Source: Hydrolagus colliei (taxonomy: Eukaryota). From it: a stretch of 64,000 bases of DNA. The notes below the pieces were generated by a model. The model saw only the letters and a program-made list of their open reading frames with translations. It was not told where the DNA came from and did no database searches. Both the position numbers and the translations under genes were made by a program. The DNA lies in assembly GCA_035084275.1 (NCBI GenBank), contig CM068769.1, forward strand, positions 1,240,001-1,304,000, written 5' to 3'. Positions 1-13,548 of this stretch are shown piece after piece (the stretch's first letter is position 1; every line of letters starts with the position of its first letter).

Positions 1-264
1 CCAAACCATCAGCTGCCCAAAGGCATGAATGCCTCACCAGCCTCTTTTCCTCTCTAAATTCCACCATATTCCTCATATTTTGACGGTTCTCACCAGCGCC
101 TCAACCCTCAAATCCAGGGTTCCCATCCCCACTGGCATGACCTCCCACAGAACACGACTCCGGTTGTACCTACAATTCCGTCTTCCCAAGACAACCGTTC
201 CCACTAAGGCAGTTCACGAGCTCCCCAGCCATCCCCTCCGTCTCATCCCGTACAATCATATGTA

Positions 265-560
265 AAAACAACAACAAAACCATTGGTTTGTATAGCTTCC
301 TCCACGCCGGACGGTGACTCGGAGCGCTTTACAGTAGCGGATCCCGAGACGAGCCAGAGGCAGGTGAAGAAAGGTGAACAAATACGCGGTCGAAGCGAAC
401 GGACTTGATCTGTGACCTGAAACCGGGAAGAGAGGAGGAGAGGCGAAGGGAGTGAGGAAGGCAGTTCCAGAACCTTGGGGCATAGCGGCTGAAGGCAAGG
501 CCGCCTATAGTGGAGCGGTGGAATGGGAGACATGGAGGAGGCCAGTCCCGATGGAGCGAA
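265..560 (-). mobile_element. L2-clade LINE 3' fragment
   Basis: Minus-strand translation GGLAFSRYAPRFWNCLPHSLR...RFDRVF matches the L2 ORF2 C-terminus; ends in a (GTT)n-like tail. Confidence 0.75.
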
Positions 561-2439
561 GGCAAATTATGCTTGTTTGTGGAAAGAGGAGATGAGATAG
601 GTAGAGGGTTGCAGAATAGTGGATGGGCATGAAAACAAGGGAGAAAATCTTGAAGTCGATCCTCTCAGGGACAGGGAGCCAGGGAACATAATACGTCTCA
701 TTTCACCCAATGACCTCGCTTATATTTTGAGCAGTATCGCCCGAAATATTCTGCCCTCATTCACAGCTCACGTGTCTACTCTGGTCTCAGCTTCTTCACA
801 GGGCTTTCCTCCTCCACAGGCCTCATCGCATGCACATCAACCCACAGTCCTCTTTGCATCATAGCTTTTAGTTCTTCCACAACTTTCACCATCTATTCAA
901 GCCTCACCTGCATTCTGCTGCTGCAGATTTGCAACCTGATCTTACAACGTTTCCATGAGTGACTGATCCCGTTTTTGCTCTTGCTCTTCGACCTCGAGAG
1001 AAACTCGCTTTTCTCTGTTCAGGATTGAGTTTTGTGAAAAGAGCAAGAAACATAGGGTGGGAGTGCGTCGTGTTCACATAAGCATTCTGTATATCTCTGA
1101 ACATATGGAAGCATACGAGAATCGGGAAGGAGTTGGAAGGAGAGTGCGAGGAATGCTCTCTGAGACGCTTTGCCCCAACAAAACTGTCAACTGCCAGGCT
1201 TCACGTCCACACAGGTCTAACCGCACACAGATTTCGACTCTGCCTCTACCCACACTTCCCCAATAGACATCCATTCCCACTCAGTCAAGAAAGCTCCACA
1301 GCAATCCTCTCGCTCTCAGTCGGCACCGTCCTTCATGTCTCATGTCTCACCAGCTGCCAGTGTGGACGTGAATAGTGTACAAACAAGCTCTGGACCTATG
1401 ACAAATAAATCACTGACCACAGCTTTGTTGCGAGGAAAGAAATGAGAATGCGAGGATTGTGTGCCGATTTCCTTCCCGGCATTGAGGGCACCAAATGAGC
1501 AACAGTTGATTTTCGCTGAGGGATCGTGTAACATAGTTTGTTATCGGAACTATGCTGGTCTCAATCAGTGTTAGGTTTTTGCTCTCTGTCCTCCTCTCGA
1601 GTTACTGTTATGTTTATTGCCGATTTCTTCCTGGTCTGATTTCATGAAATATAGCCAGTTTGGTATCAAACAATCGATTCATAACTTAAGTTTCTCTGTG
1701 ATGGGAGACCAAAGGGAAGTTCAGTGTTTTTAAGGGTTTCGAAATAATGTGAATAAGCGAACATGAGTTATAGAAGAAGCTGCAGTAGACCACATAGCAG
1801 AATTTAGACTCCGAGAAATCACCAACAATTTTTGTAGCTCAGTCATACCACCCATAGAATGTATTGTACAGCTGTGTTTAGATCACAACTGGAATATATT
1901 ATACGTCCCTGTATAGTGGGAAATTGGAGGGAGATGTTTGAAGGATTGAGTGTCGATTCCTGTTGTCTGCTCTTTGCTGATCGCAGACAGTGATAGTTAA
2001 GTTTCTCTGTTTATCGATTTATCCTTGGCCACTGTTGGATTTTGTCTTATATTCCTCTCCAAGTACAGTAAACTTAAAGTGATATTTGGTTCAGCTCTCA
2101 GTAAAAAAAATAATTAGCTGAGTAAATGACGATCTTAATCCAGCTATAAGTTACATTATTCTGTCCCACAGCCCTCTCCTCGTAGGCCACACCTACCATT
2201 CAGCCTTACTTTATTCAAAAGCCTCACCTCCGCAAAAAAAATCATCTCATAAAAGGCTTAATGTCCCCCATAGGCCTCATTTCCTCCTTACCCCCACATT
2301 TCTCATCTACTGAGAGTACTCACCGCTACCCAAACTTTCACAACACAACAGGCCACATAACCCGACGGTCAGGACCTCCCTTTTGGCCTGACCTCGCACA
2401 GGATCTCTGTTTCAAGCGCGTACCAAAAGCCTATGCTTA

Positions 2440-2735
2440 TCCACAACATCAACAGAACTGCATTTATCAAGCTCATTTCACGTCGGGTGGACGTCCCAAT
2501 GCGCTGAACACTCTTTTCGGGCACCGAGCGGGGCTTGGGTGTGTACGGCGGGGGAGAGGAGGATCCGGGTAGTGGGAAGAACATTGGGAAAATCTAATGG
2601 GGGAGCCGAAGGCCGTGTCGAAGAGGAACTTCTTGAGATCAGTCTGGAATGAGGTAAAGGAGGAAGTAAGTGGGAGGCGATGCGGGATGGAGTTTCACCT
2701 TGTGGGAGCAGAGAGCCTGAAAGACCCACAGGCCT
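2440..2735 (-). mobile_element. L2-clade LINE 3' fragment
   Basis: Minus strand reads FRLSAPTRWNSIPHRL...KKFLFDTAF, then the GGGACGTCC...GTGAAA tail shared with other copies here. Confidence 0.7.
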
Positions 2736-2759
2736 CACTTAGCACTCAACCGAAAAAGT

Positions 2760-4300
2760 ACCCAATGCCCTCCTCTCCACCACAACCCTCACCAACCAAC
2801 ACGTGTCACATGCTCGAATGGTCTCCCTTAAGCATACGGCCTCCCTTCTTCCACAGTGATCACCGCCCCATAGCCATCAGAAAATCACATCTCTCGTCTC
2901 ACGCATAAATTCTTACCTCTCAACAACACTCTTCCTGCACCACAGCCATCATATTTACGCAGCCCACACTCTCCAAACACCTCACCTCCCTTACAGTCCT
3001 CAAATCCCTCACAGTCATTGCAACCCCCACAGATCTCACCTCCACCACAGCCCCAGTCAGCAACTCCTCGAAAGACATCATCGACAACATAGCGCACAAC
3101 TCCCCCTACAGACATTGCATAACCAACAGCTTTCAACTTCCACATATCCCTCACCCAACTCACCCACAACACTTATCTCACAACAGCCCACCAATACCCA
3201 CAGCTCCCCCTCCCCCAATGGGCTCAACTGCACCACAGCCCTCACCTTCGAACCAATTTCACGCTACCACAGCCCTCACGCCCCCACAAAGTTCCTCACT
3301 TCCCCTACATTCCCGTTCATCTATACTGCAGGCAACACCTCACCAAATCGCTAATCTTCCCTCAGCCCGGGTGACCCCACAGACCTCACTGCTGCCTCAG
3401 GCCCTCACGCTCCACAGAGATCAGCCCCCACACATTCCTCTATTTGCCGCCAATACCCAACACTCACATCCTCCAAAATCCTCACCTTACATTAACTTGA
3501 CGTCCAACGGAGCCCTGACCTCTCAACAGCCTACAATTCCCCCACCAATTTTACCAACCCACAGCCCTAACCTCCCCAAAATCCCAACCTCAGCCGCATC
3601 CCTATAGCACTCCCCTATCCCATAGCCGCTCACCCATATTGATCAACACACGAGAACCCTTAACACCCACAGCTTCCAGCTGCATCGCTGCCCTCACCAT
3701 TCTGCAGACGTCATCTCCAACACAGCAAATATGCGCCCCATTCATAGTCCTAACATCCATGAACTTCCAATACCTTGACCTCCACCACAAACCTCACCTC
3801 TCGCTAGCGATCAATACACCCACAACACCTACGCACAGCCCTTCCCTCCCCGTAAGCTTCCACCTAAACTTTCACCTCTCTACAAACATTACCTACCCAA
3901 CAAAGCTAAAGGCGAAGTCGAAGAGGAAGATCTTCAGTCCGGCCTTGCAAGAAGAAAGGTAGGAATCAAGGCTGAATGTCTGCTTGATGAACCTACCCAA
4001 CAGTCCTCACATCACCATTAATTCATAATAAAAGTACCCACTCCACAGCCCCCCGACATCCCTTAGCTCCATCGAAGCCTATAACACTGTACAGCACTGA
4101 CCCACCCCGTAACCCTAACTTCAACTCACTCACAACCATAATTCACAACAACCCTCAACTCCCCACATTGCTCACCTCGAACGAAGCACTCATCTGCACC
4201 GCAGCATTTACCTGGACCACGCCCTCACTTAACCCTACACGTCTGATGTTGTTGCCCACAGCCCTCACCACACCCACAAGACCAGTCACTGCCATGTTAG
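2760..4300. repeat. C/A-rich low-complexity tract, possibly decayed repeat
   Basis: Strong C>>G strand skew with many CACAGCCC/CCTCACC-like words; ORFs here are P/S/T-rich compositional artefacts. Confidence 0.5.
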
Positions 4301-4319
4301 CCGACATTCGATCCCTTAC

Positions 4320-4600
4320 AGGATCGAATTCAATTGTTCAACCTCACGTTCAAGGCCATCCTCGGCCTTGCCACGACCTGCATCGCTGACCTTCTGACCT
4401 CCTATCTACCTCTCCGCTCACCCCGTTCACCCGGCTTGGGTTGCTCCTGATATCATGCCCGATTCCGCTGGAAGATGTGGACGGGATTTCAACTTTCTGC
4501 ACCTACGATTTCTAGATCCATCTCACAAACCCTTCTCATTGCTCCCTCACTTGCCTCCTTCAAGTGCAGGCTGAAGTTCCTGTGTGATGCCTGTTTTTGA
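4320..4600 (+). mobile_element. L2-clade LINE 3' fragment, degraded
   Basis: RIEF...TFKA..GLA motif remnants on the plus strand. Confidence 0.55.
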
Positions 4601-7600
4601 TTGTTCTTTCCTTTGTTTTGAATAACAGGCAGAAAATAGAGTGTGAGGGTGAGCAGTTTACAAATTAACACTGTTGACAACTCTAGTCAGATGAAAGCTA
4701 GAGCGATGTGCACAGCCGGTTTGCGATGAAAGAGCATTGAGATTTTTTCGAGGTTTCGTGTGTGGATATATGTTGTCTGTTTGTGCTGAACTTGGATATT
4801 GGTTTCCAAGAGAGATTCTTTTAGACATCAACTAAAATCTAAATTCCTATGCGTCACTTTATTTTGCAGCTACCTGATCAACCCGCAAACCAGAATTCCC
4901 AGAATACTTTGCACTTACTCTCAATTTAGTTTCAACTGCATTCTCATTCATGTGTCTTTTGCAAACATTACTAAAACACAATAGTGTTCTTGTTTATTTC
5001 ATTTGTGGTATGCTTTATTGAATCTGTGCTGTAGTAATTCCTGAGACTTAAAAAAAAATCCTCTTCTATCCACTGCTGTGAAGACATGTAGCTTAGAATA
5101 TCGCAGTCTCAGCAAATTGAGATTTGAGATTCTCAGCCTAGACTGAGATGGATGATTCTCATGTGCAGTTTGCATGTAACCCTTGTCCTTGCAATTCTCG
5201 TTTGGATTCTCATTCAGTCAGGCCGGCTTGTATATGAATTTGTGCTTGCATTTTTTAAGATTCACTAAAATTTCTTTCAAATAACTTGACTGCAAAATCT
5301 GGAGCTCCCACTTCACGTGGAGACCTGCAGCTCAGAATTTAAAGCACTCGTAAGTGAGGTAATCTGGAACCACTCCCAGAAGTGCTAAACGTTGGGTAAA
5401 ATTCCTTACTCCTGTTTACCAGCAGTAAGTAGCAACCCTGCAAATCGTTGTACGGCTATTGGTGCATCACTTTATTGGGGCTAATAAGCCCTGTTATTTT
5501 GAGAATGAAAAGGTTTATAATAATCCTTGACTGTGCCGCGGCTGCTAGGATTTGGATGCTGGACATGATACTGTATCAAATGCAAGGATTAGTATTATTA
5601 TGTATTATAAAACAGGTAGGTAAATATCGTGCACCAAACGTCATCTTACTCTCCAATGAATTTCTACCTTTTTACCCTGGAGGACAGTCACTAAATCACA
5701 GCGAGTGCCACGATGGACAGCCTGACAGATGCACACATTGATTGTGGCCCATTTGGGAATAGTAGTTATAGTAAAATATAAATAATCAACATTAGACTCT
5801 CTCACTTTCTCTTTAATAATGTGTCTGTGTCTCATTCCTCGACCCTCTCTCATTCTCTGCCGCTGTCTCTCTCGACTGCTTTAATGGTTAATGGGGAAAT
5901 GAGAATGCTTGCATCACGTTTCCGGCTTAAATTATATGGGTAATATCTAACCAGAATGGCGTCTAACTGATCCCATTGCCTGAGTGGTAATCACATTCTG
6001 GGTCGTAGCATCCATGGGGTTAGCAGAGTGGCGCGAGGGGAACGAGTTACTCTATCGTTAGATGGTGAATGGTAATAGCTGGCCTGGCCTCAGAACGTCG
6101 CCGTTGAGCTTGTTGAGCAGAGATCGTGTCAGCAGAGGGTGACGAAAGGGTTAAAAGTGGGTGTGGAGAGAAAGAGGAGAGAGGGAGGAGATGGTGACGA
6201 ATCTGACTGGCCTCTTGTTTATTTCCGAAACGGCAGTGGTTTTAGTGTTAAGTGGAACCCAGTTTTTTCGCCAGCAGAGCTTTCATACTTTAATTTTTCT
6301 TAACGGTGAGTTTAGATTTTAATTTTGATGACAAACCTAAAGGGAAATGTTCATAATTAGTAGATAGTTGAGATTTCTTCTCTGAAACCTCTTTGTATCA
6401 GCCTCGAGGTCACAGTTTTAAACATGTTTAATATTGCATCATTTAATTTAGAAATTGGCTATGTGAAGTCCTCCAGCTCAGCGGTCAGAGCAACTGCTTT
6501 GCAATGATGGGTGCTGCGTGTTCAACTCGCGGGCAGGTACAATGTTGAACCAGTTTCATTACTGCACACGCCTCGATTTAGCTAGTAATATTTTCCTAGT
6601 AAATAGGAACGGGCTGGGATGTTAGTCGATTCATAGATAACGTTTATAGGCTTAATAGTTAATTCACAAATAAATAATAACAATAATAATAATATGAGCA
6701 ATTGGATGTGGTCTTTTGCCATACACTGCAGACCTGTAGCTTAGTAGCTGGGGTGCAAGGGAGAGATCTCCGTTTGCTTCAGGTAGCGCTAAACATGTGG
6801 CAAGTTTCATTACTCCACAAGGCTGATAATTATCCCACAAGAAGAACAAATATTTGTCCATTGAATTCTATGACTGTTTGTGGACACTGCTGTCCGCAAT
6901 TGGCTGCCGTATTTCACGCACAAAATACGGTCAGTTCAGTTTATAATATATTCCGTGAAGTGCCTTCACTGGTCTAGATTATGTGAAAAGCGCTATACCA
7001 AATGCAACGTTCATTATTATAATTATTAAAAACAAGACAATTATATTTGCATAGCGCTTGTCACGTCGGTAGGAGGCACTGTCGAGCCATTGGTCAAGAT
7101 CTGCTGCTCCCGAATCCAAATAATTTACGTGTAGATTAAGTAAGAGTCCTTAAATACCTTTGGAATCCATTTTGTAACACTTCCCAGCCTGGGATGATAC
7201 ACGTAACCTCTACTCTTTAATTCCAACAATTGTTTAATTCATTCTGCTAACTCAAAATCTAATGCCCTGACTTTCAGAGACTCATTAGCACCTTATCAGC
7301 CGTCATTCTGTGATACGCATCTGGACGGTGTCCTCTTTTAGACAGGCTCGTAGAGGCTATTCTTTAATCTGTATAACAATTAATTAGTTTGTTATGGATT
7401 GTATCAAGTCTGAGAAATTAAGCAATCAAAGCATAAATCACTATATTAAGGGAAAGAGACATGCAGCGATAGTGTGATGTTTTTAATGTGGAGTGAGCAC
7501 TAATTCTCTCGTGTTTGAACGTGGTACTGGATTGATACGTAAGAATGCTGTGGATTCTCCGGGTGGATATTTAGTGAGAGTGAGCGATGGTCTACTGTTG

Positions 7601-8199
7601 TGTCATGATATACTGGTGAAAGTGACGGTCAGCTTTGTCTCTGGATTAACAATCAGCAAACGTTATTCCCATTGCCTTCACTCTGGGGATGCAAAATTTA
7701 TATTCTCAGGCAGTAACAATTCTGACATAATTTCCTATTAAATATATTTTGCCATTCTCTTCAGTGTGGGGTTGCAAAATTAATATTCTCAGACAGCAAC
7801 AATTCTGACATAGTTTCCCATTAAATACCTTTTGCGGTTTACCTTTCATATAACCAACGTGTTCAAATGCAGTCATTGCTGTCCCAGTGCCACCAAAAAT
7901 GTATTGCATCACCTAATGAACGTAGTGACTCAAGTACGAAATAAAAATACGGAGCAGAGCGGATCATAATATTAATGGTTGCATTTAATATAGAGACTTT
8001 CACATCTTCTTGATGTCTCTACGTGCTTCACAGCCTATATGGAAAAGTGACTATCCTACATGCATGTGGGAGAAACGCAAATAATCTTGAATTGAAAGGA
8101 CCAATTTCTAAATTTTGTTTTAGATTATTATTGGGCATGTGGAGTAATGAAACTTTTCCAATGTTTCTCTCTCTGACTTGGCTGTATTGAACGCAGGTC

Positions 8200-8400
8200 G
8201 CTCACTTATAAGACGAATGCTCCAACCACCGATCGAACGACTCCACAGATCTTCTCTTCATGACAAAGATGCGTCGAGGATAGGATAGTTTTGCGTCGAT
8301 CAATATATCTAGGTTGGTGACTGGCTTGGTGAGGTGGAGAGTGCCTTCATGGATGCTAATGCTGATAGCGCCTGAAGTGTGCAGGATTTGGCGCAAGACA
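8200..8400 (-). mobile_element. L2 RT-region fragment
   Basis: TLHLTKPVTNLDILIDAKLSY resembles TLHLTKPVRNLCITFDQKLCF in the L2 copy at 60-61 kb. Confidence 0.6.
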
Positions 8401-8799
8401 AGAATAAGAAAAAGGCATGTTGATCTACCTCCAGATCTCAGAATATTTCAGCACAAATATCTGTGAACTATGGTGCTTTTCCTTGCCGCAGCCAACAAGC
8501 GACATCATACTTACCCACCTACTCTCGACCGAACACTTTCGTATTCCTCCACTTCATATAATGCTCGTTCCTACATCAATACAATGTGAGGACCGTACAT
8601 TATTTTCTGAATTTCATGAAAAGAAAGCCGAAATCATAGTCCTTGTTTGTACCATTGTCAAAATGTCTCTGAACCATATCTATTAGAAGATTATTATTTG
8701 TAATTTCCCCGTGAAGGTGCAGGGGCATTTGTAACCAACAATGTCCCCACAAATAGCCATAAATTGAGTGGAGAAAGTATGAGCGAGAGAAACCATGGA

Positions 8800-9060
8800 G
8801 ATTCTGTAGCTAAGTGGTTGGAACACTCGATTTACAAGGGTGAGCCGTGTGTTCGAATCCAGGCAGATCAGGTGGAAACCTTGGGCAAGTTTCGTTGCTG
8901 GACACGTCCAATAATAATCCGTCCAAAATAAAACACAACAATGAAAATGGCTCATTTCAATCCTTTTTGGATGGCTTTCCGCAATTCGCTGCCGCCCACG
9001 TGCATACATTCAATTCACTTTATATTATAACCTGTGAAGCACTTTCTGATGTCGATAATA
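8800..9060 (+). mobile_element. tRNA-derived SINE
   Basis: A box TAGCTAAGTGG, B box GTTCGAATCC (8851-8860), body shared with many copies in the window. Confidence 0.7.
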
Positions 9061-12000
9061 TGGTTGTGCTGGATATTTTGTGGAATATCAGATGAACTGA
9101 TTGATATCAATGGAAGAACAGGAGACAGCGACACACAAAGGATTTAAGAAGTTGTGACAGAAGGTGAATAAGTTCCATATTAGAGTGGTAGATGGAGAAA
9201 AGTGTTCTTCACATGCGGAGTCAGACGAAAGGGTCGCCTGCTCAGTAATGGTAGCAGTTTCGCGAAGCGAGCTAAGCTGATGCATACGTTTTGAGTTTGA
9301 CTGAAGCAGCCATGTGAGGCAGGCTGGGCCGGTCATGAGGACATGTTGGGCAAGACTGCTCCAGCGTTTCTCTCTCCAGTTTTGTATTACATTAATTTAC
9401 AACAAGTCTTGCGAACAAAAACTGATCATAAAAGCAAATCATGAGAACATTTGCTACTGTACAATCATAAATTATGCAGCACATTGTGTCTTTGCCTTCT
9501 CTTCTCAGAAAAATCTATCAAAACCAATCCCAGTACCCCACTTTTTCCCCATCGCACATACATAGTTGTGCTTCACAAATAATTACCCACCTCTCTCCTA
9601 AAAGTTGTGATCAAATCGGATTCCACCACCGTTCCAAACAATGCATTCCAGATACAAGCAAAATGCCAGGTGAAACAATATGTTTTTACAACCACGCTGT
9701 TTCTTTCAACAGTTCCTTTAAATCAATGTCTACCAGTTGCTATAGCTTCCTTGTGCAACTGTCAAGTCCCCCCGCAATAATTAATACTCTTTTCATGTCT
9801 CATCTGAAACGTCTCTGCTCCAAGGAAAATTAACCTAGCTCATTTGCCTGTTTGAGACAGATCCGCCGGAGCCATGAGCAATAGTTTTGCACTTTCATTC
9901 CACAATCAGAATAACATTTAAACTATATGCCATTTCTAGAAAGGGATTACAATAATTAAAAGTCTATTAATAATAACAGTTGCAGCTTCCGTATACCATC
10001 TGATCACTTCTCCGAGACGTATGAAAGCGCTTCATAGGATAAGCTGTCAAGTTTAGTCACTGTGTTCTGTGGAACAAGTTTCAAACTGCTCGATTGCTCA
10101 TTGGACAACTGAGCTAGGTGGGGGTGTGCAGCGGTTGGGAAGATCAGGCGAATCGGTTACAGACAGTATGTTCAAATAATTGGTTATTGCTGCGCGTTAA
10201 AAGGGTAGAGGGAGTGAGGAAGAAAATCGTAGGGACTCACTAATAACGCTCAAGAGAGAGAGCGTTTAAGGAATAGCAATAATGGAGAAGATTCGTTTGG
10301 GCGTAGTAAGTGCAATGTTTGAAGGGTAGAGGGATCAGAAATTTCACAGGTATACTGTGGGGAGTTATCGCAGGTATAGTGTGGGGAGGCCGGGCGTGTG
10401 TGGGTGGTGGGTGGGGTGAGATGAGCGGTCTGTGTTGGATGAAGGACGTAGTGTAGTTTCTCACTAGGGAGCATATGATGATGAAATATTGTCAGTGCGA
10501 GGACTGCACATCAATCTGTTCATTCTTGTGATCTATCAAATGTTGTTCTCACTTTGTTCACAAATTGTGGGATAATTTTTCAAATCAGACGCAATGTCTG
10601 AATTCAGCTAATTATCTCTCCATCCTCCTGATTCCCTTCCAATCTGCCAAGTCTCCATCCCGACACATCTTACTATTGGTGGCCGGACTTTCAGACTCTC
10701 TGTCATACACTCAGGAACTCCATCCACAGTCGCATCATCTCGCTTCCTCACTTGTGTACTTCAAGGCCGGTAACAAGAATCTCCTTTTCGATCGTGCCTG
10801 ACGCCAAGACACAAATCCTCTTCATGCCACGCTCCACTTCACAACCCCGAACAGCAACCCTTTCTGCCTTTTCCGCCATATTGTCCGCTCCCTCTCCAAT
10901 AAAGCATTTATCTTGGATTAATATTCCGGGTAGCAGGTTTCTTTTATTTCTTACGCATCAATTGGTGTTTCCCCGTGCTGTTACTCGAACTTCACCACTC
11001 TCCTCTCCTCCCTAAACCTCACTTTCTATAGCATCTCCCCACACCACTTCATCGTCCTCATTAGCGACCTGTCTATCATCGACAAATGGCTTCTTCCTTT
11101 CACAAAATACCACCTTGCATTATACACAGAGTTACAATCCTACTGCAGTCGCCGTGCTCCTATGTCAGGGTCAGAGAATAACGCTAGCTCGCACTACATA
11201 ATTTGTCCACACTCTCAGTTCTGGGTTAGATATGCAGTAAAGCTCCACACACTCTGGAAACATTTAGAATAAAGGTAAATGATGTATTTGTCCAAAAGTC
11301 TCACTCTAACGTGGCGAGACTAAGAGATTTATAATGGCCTGAAAAGACTCCTTGCATCATGTGAACATTCAGGAAATGCAGATAGAAGTACCTGAATTGG
11401 AGAGACAATCAGAGTCTCGCAAGCATGTGGCATCTGGGGTCAATGTGGGTTCCTGAGATAGGGTGGGGGTCCGTAATTGTTGGGGCTGGGCGATACGGTC
11501 ACTCACTGTCTGTTTCATGCAGCTCCAATGCTGGCTTTACCATTGAGCCTGGAAGCTGAACATACTTTGCCCCTTTTATTTGTTTGAGAAGTTAAAATTT
11601 TACCACTCACGGGATTTTATCCTCACCAGAAAGCCACGAAAAGAGGAAATCATGGCCTAAAATAACGAGTGAAAGAGAGAAAAACACTTCTGGAGAGAAA
11701 GAGTGGAAAATTTGGAGAGGATGCAGGGATTCTGCATAAGCAGTATTTTCTTTTGATATCCACGCTTCTCATCAAATGGATATATTAAGCGAAAATGCTG
11801 CTCAACGTTTATAACACGGATATTCTACCCCATCGTTAATCATTTACAAAAGTTCCACGAGAACGGGGCACCATGTCGAGTTGTAATTTGTCCAAGGTCA
11901 CTGAGAGGCCTGGAAGCAAGCCAATATAATATCTAAAGATGAAGATAGCTAATTCATTAAATTGCAGGCCCGTCCTCTTGACATCAGTTATGGACAAGGC

Positions 12001-13079
12001 ATTCAAATCTATAATAAAAGAGGAAATAACTAATTATTCTGAGAACGAAAAATTAATAAACGCAGCTGGCACGGAGTTACGTTGAGACTTCCATGTTCGA
12101 TCCGATTGAATTATTTGAATAAGCAATCCATAAGAAAGCCACGGAAATGCAGTAGTTGTCGAGCATTTGAATTTTCGGGTGAATATTACTTATGTATGCA
12201 TGACTTTTTGTGGGATACTGCTGTGTGGAATTGGCTGCCGTGTTCTCCCACAAATATATAGTCAATTAACTTTATTGAAGCGCTTTGAGACACAGGCTAG
12301 AAGACGTGAAAAGCGCTAAAGCAAATTCAATGGTAATTATTATTCATGTAAGGAATTCTATTGTTCATCATATAGATAAAGATTTTTTGTGGATGACACC
12401 AAATTGGGGTTGGTGAATGGTAAATAGTGAAGAAGATTCTTTAGAAGAACGAAGACAGATATTAACAGCGTACTAGTGTTGGCAGACAAATTGAAAATAA
12501 TGATAACAATTAATAGTAATACTTCTAAGATTAATTTTATTGTGTAAAATGAACAGTAATTTGCTTCTGCTGGAAAACTAAATTACATTATTTTCTTTAT
12601 TGGACAGTCGGAATTTCAGAGGCACCCAGGGTCAAACAGATCTGGGGATTCAGATGCACACACCTCTGAAATAAAACACTACACAACTACAAAAAGTTAT
12701 TTTTTAAAATGACATATTTTTAAGTAGGTTGCTGATGTTGATTTCCATTTGTTCAGACAAAAATGTGATGTGTGCAGAATCCCATCACCGTGCATAAGCA
12801 TAACTAATTAAAACACAAAGAGTTCCACGCATCCCATCTACATATTCAAATTCTTGATTTATATATTGGAATGGATTATATAATTTATTTCTGATGTTTC
12901 GCATCCGTCTTCCCTCATCCCGTGTGTACTATTCGCAGATAGGCATAAGCCAAGATTTGGGTATCCCAGAATATGTGTTGGGGAACCTGTTGAAATCTAA
13001 AATTGTGAGCCACGAATAGAAGTAGGTAATGTCTGTAATTGTGAGGTGAGCAAATACATTTCGATTCTTCCTTTTAATG

Positions 13080-13548
13080 CAACAACAACAACAAATTACA
13101 CTTAGTACGCGCCTTTCGCGTCGGGAGGACGTCCCAAAGCGCTGCACAGGAGGCGTGTGACACGAGCTGGGAGGGTAGTGTACGGGGAGGGGTGCAACAC
13201 GTAGGGGAGTTCGAAAAATTCGGGGTGGAACAAAAGGCACGGTCGAAGAGGAAAGTCTTCAGACTGGCCTTGAAAGAGAAAAGGGAAGAAACGAGACGGA
13301 GGGATTGGGGGATGGAATTCCATAGGGTCGGAGCAGAAAAACTGAAGACCCGGCCTCCGATGGTTGGTCTGTTCGGGCGGGGGGCTTGGAGCAGTCCAAG
13401 TCCTGCTGAACGGAAGGTCCGTGTGGGCTTGTAGGGGGAGAGTAAATTGGTTAAATAGGGCGGGGCAAGGCCATGTAAGGCCTTGAAGGTTAGTACAAGG
13501 AACTTGAACTCGATCCGCCGGAGGATGGGGAGCCAGTGGAGACGGCAA
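13080..13548 (-). mobile_element. L2-clade LINE 3' end, well preserved
   Basis: RLHWLPILRRIEFKFLVLTFKALHGLAPPYL...APTLWNSIP...LKTFLFDRAF, then 3' tail and (GTT)n. Confidence 0.9.

Noticed and set aside
4306-4329. 9-bp inverted repeat at the 5' end of an L2 fragment
   Set aside because: Short enough to occur by chance in 64 kb.
5880-6480. Non-repetitive CpG-retaining patch as a candidate enhancer
   Set aside because: Only short ETS, CRE-half and forkhead words that are expected by chance; needs conservation or ATAC data.
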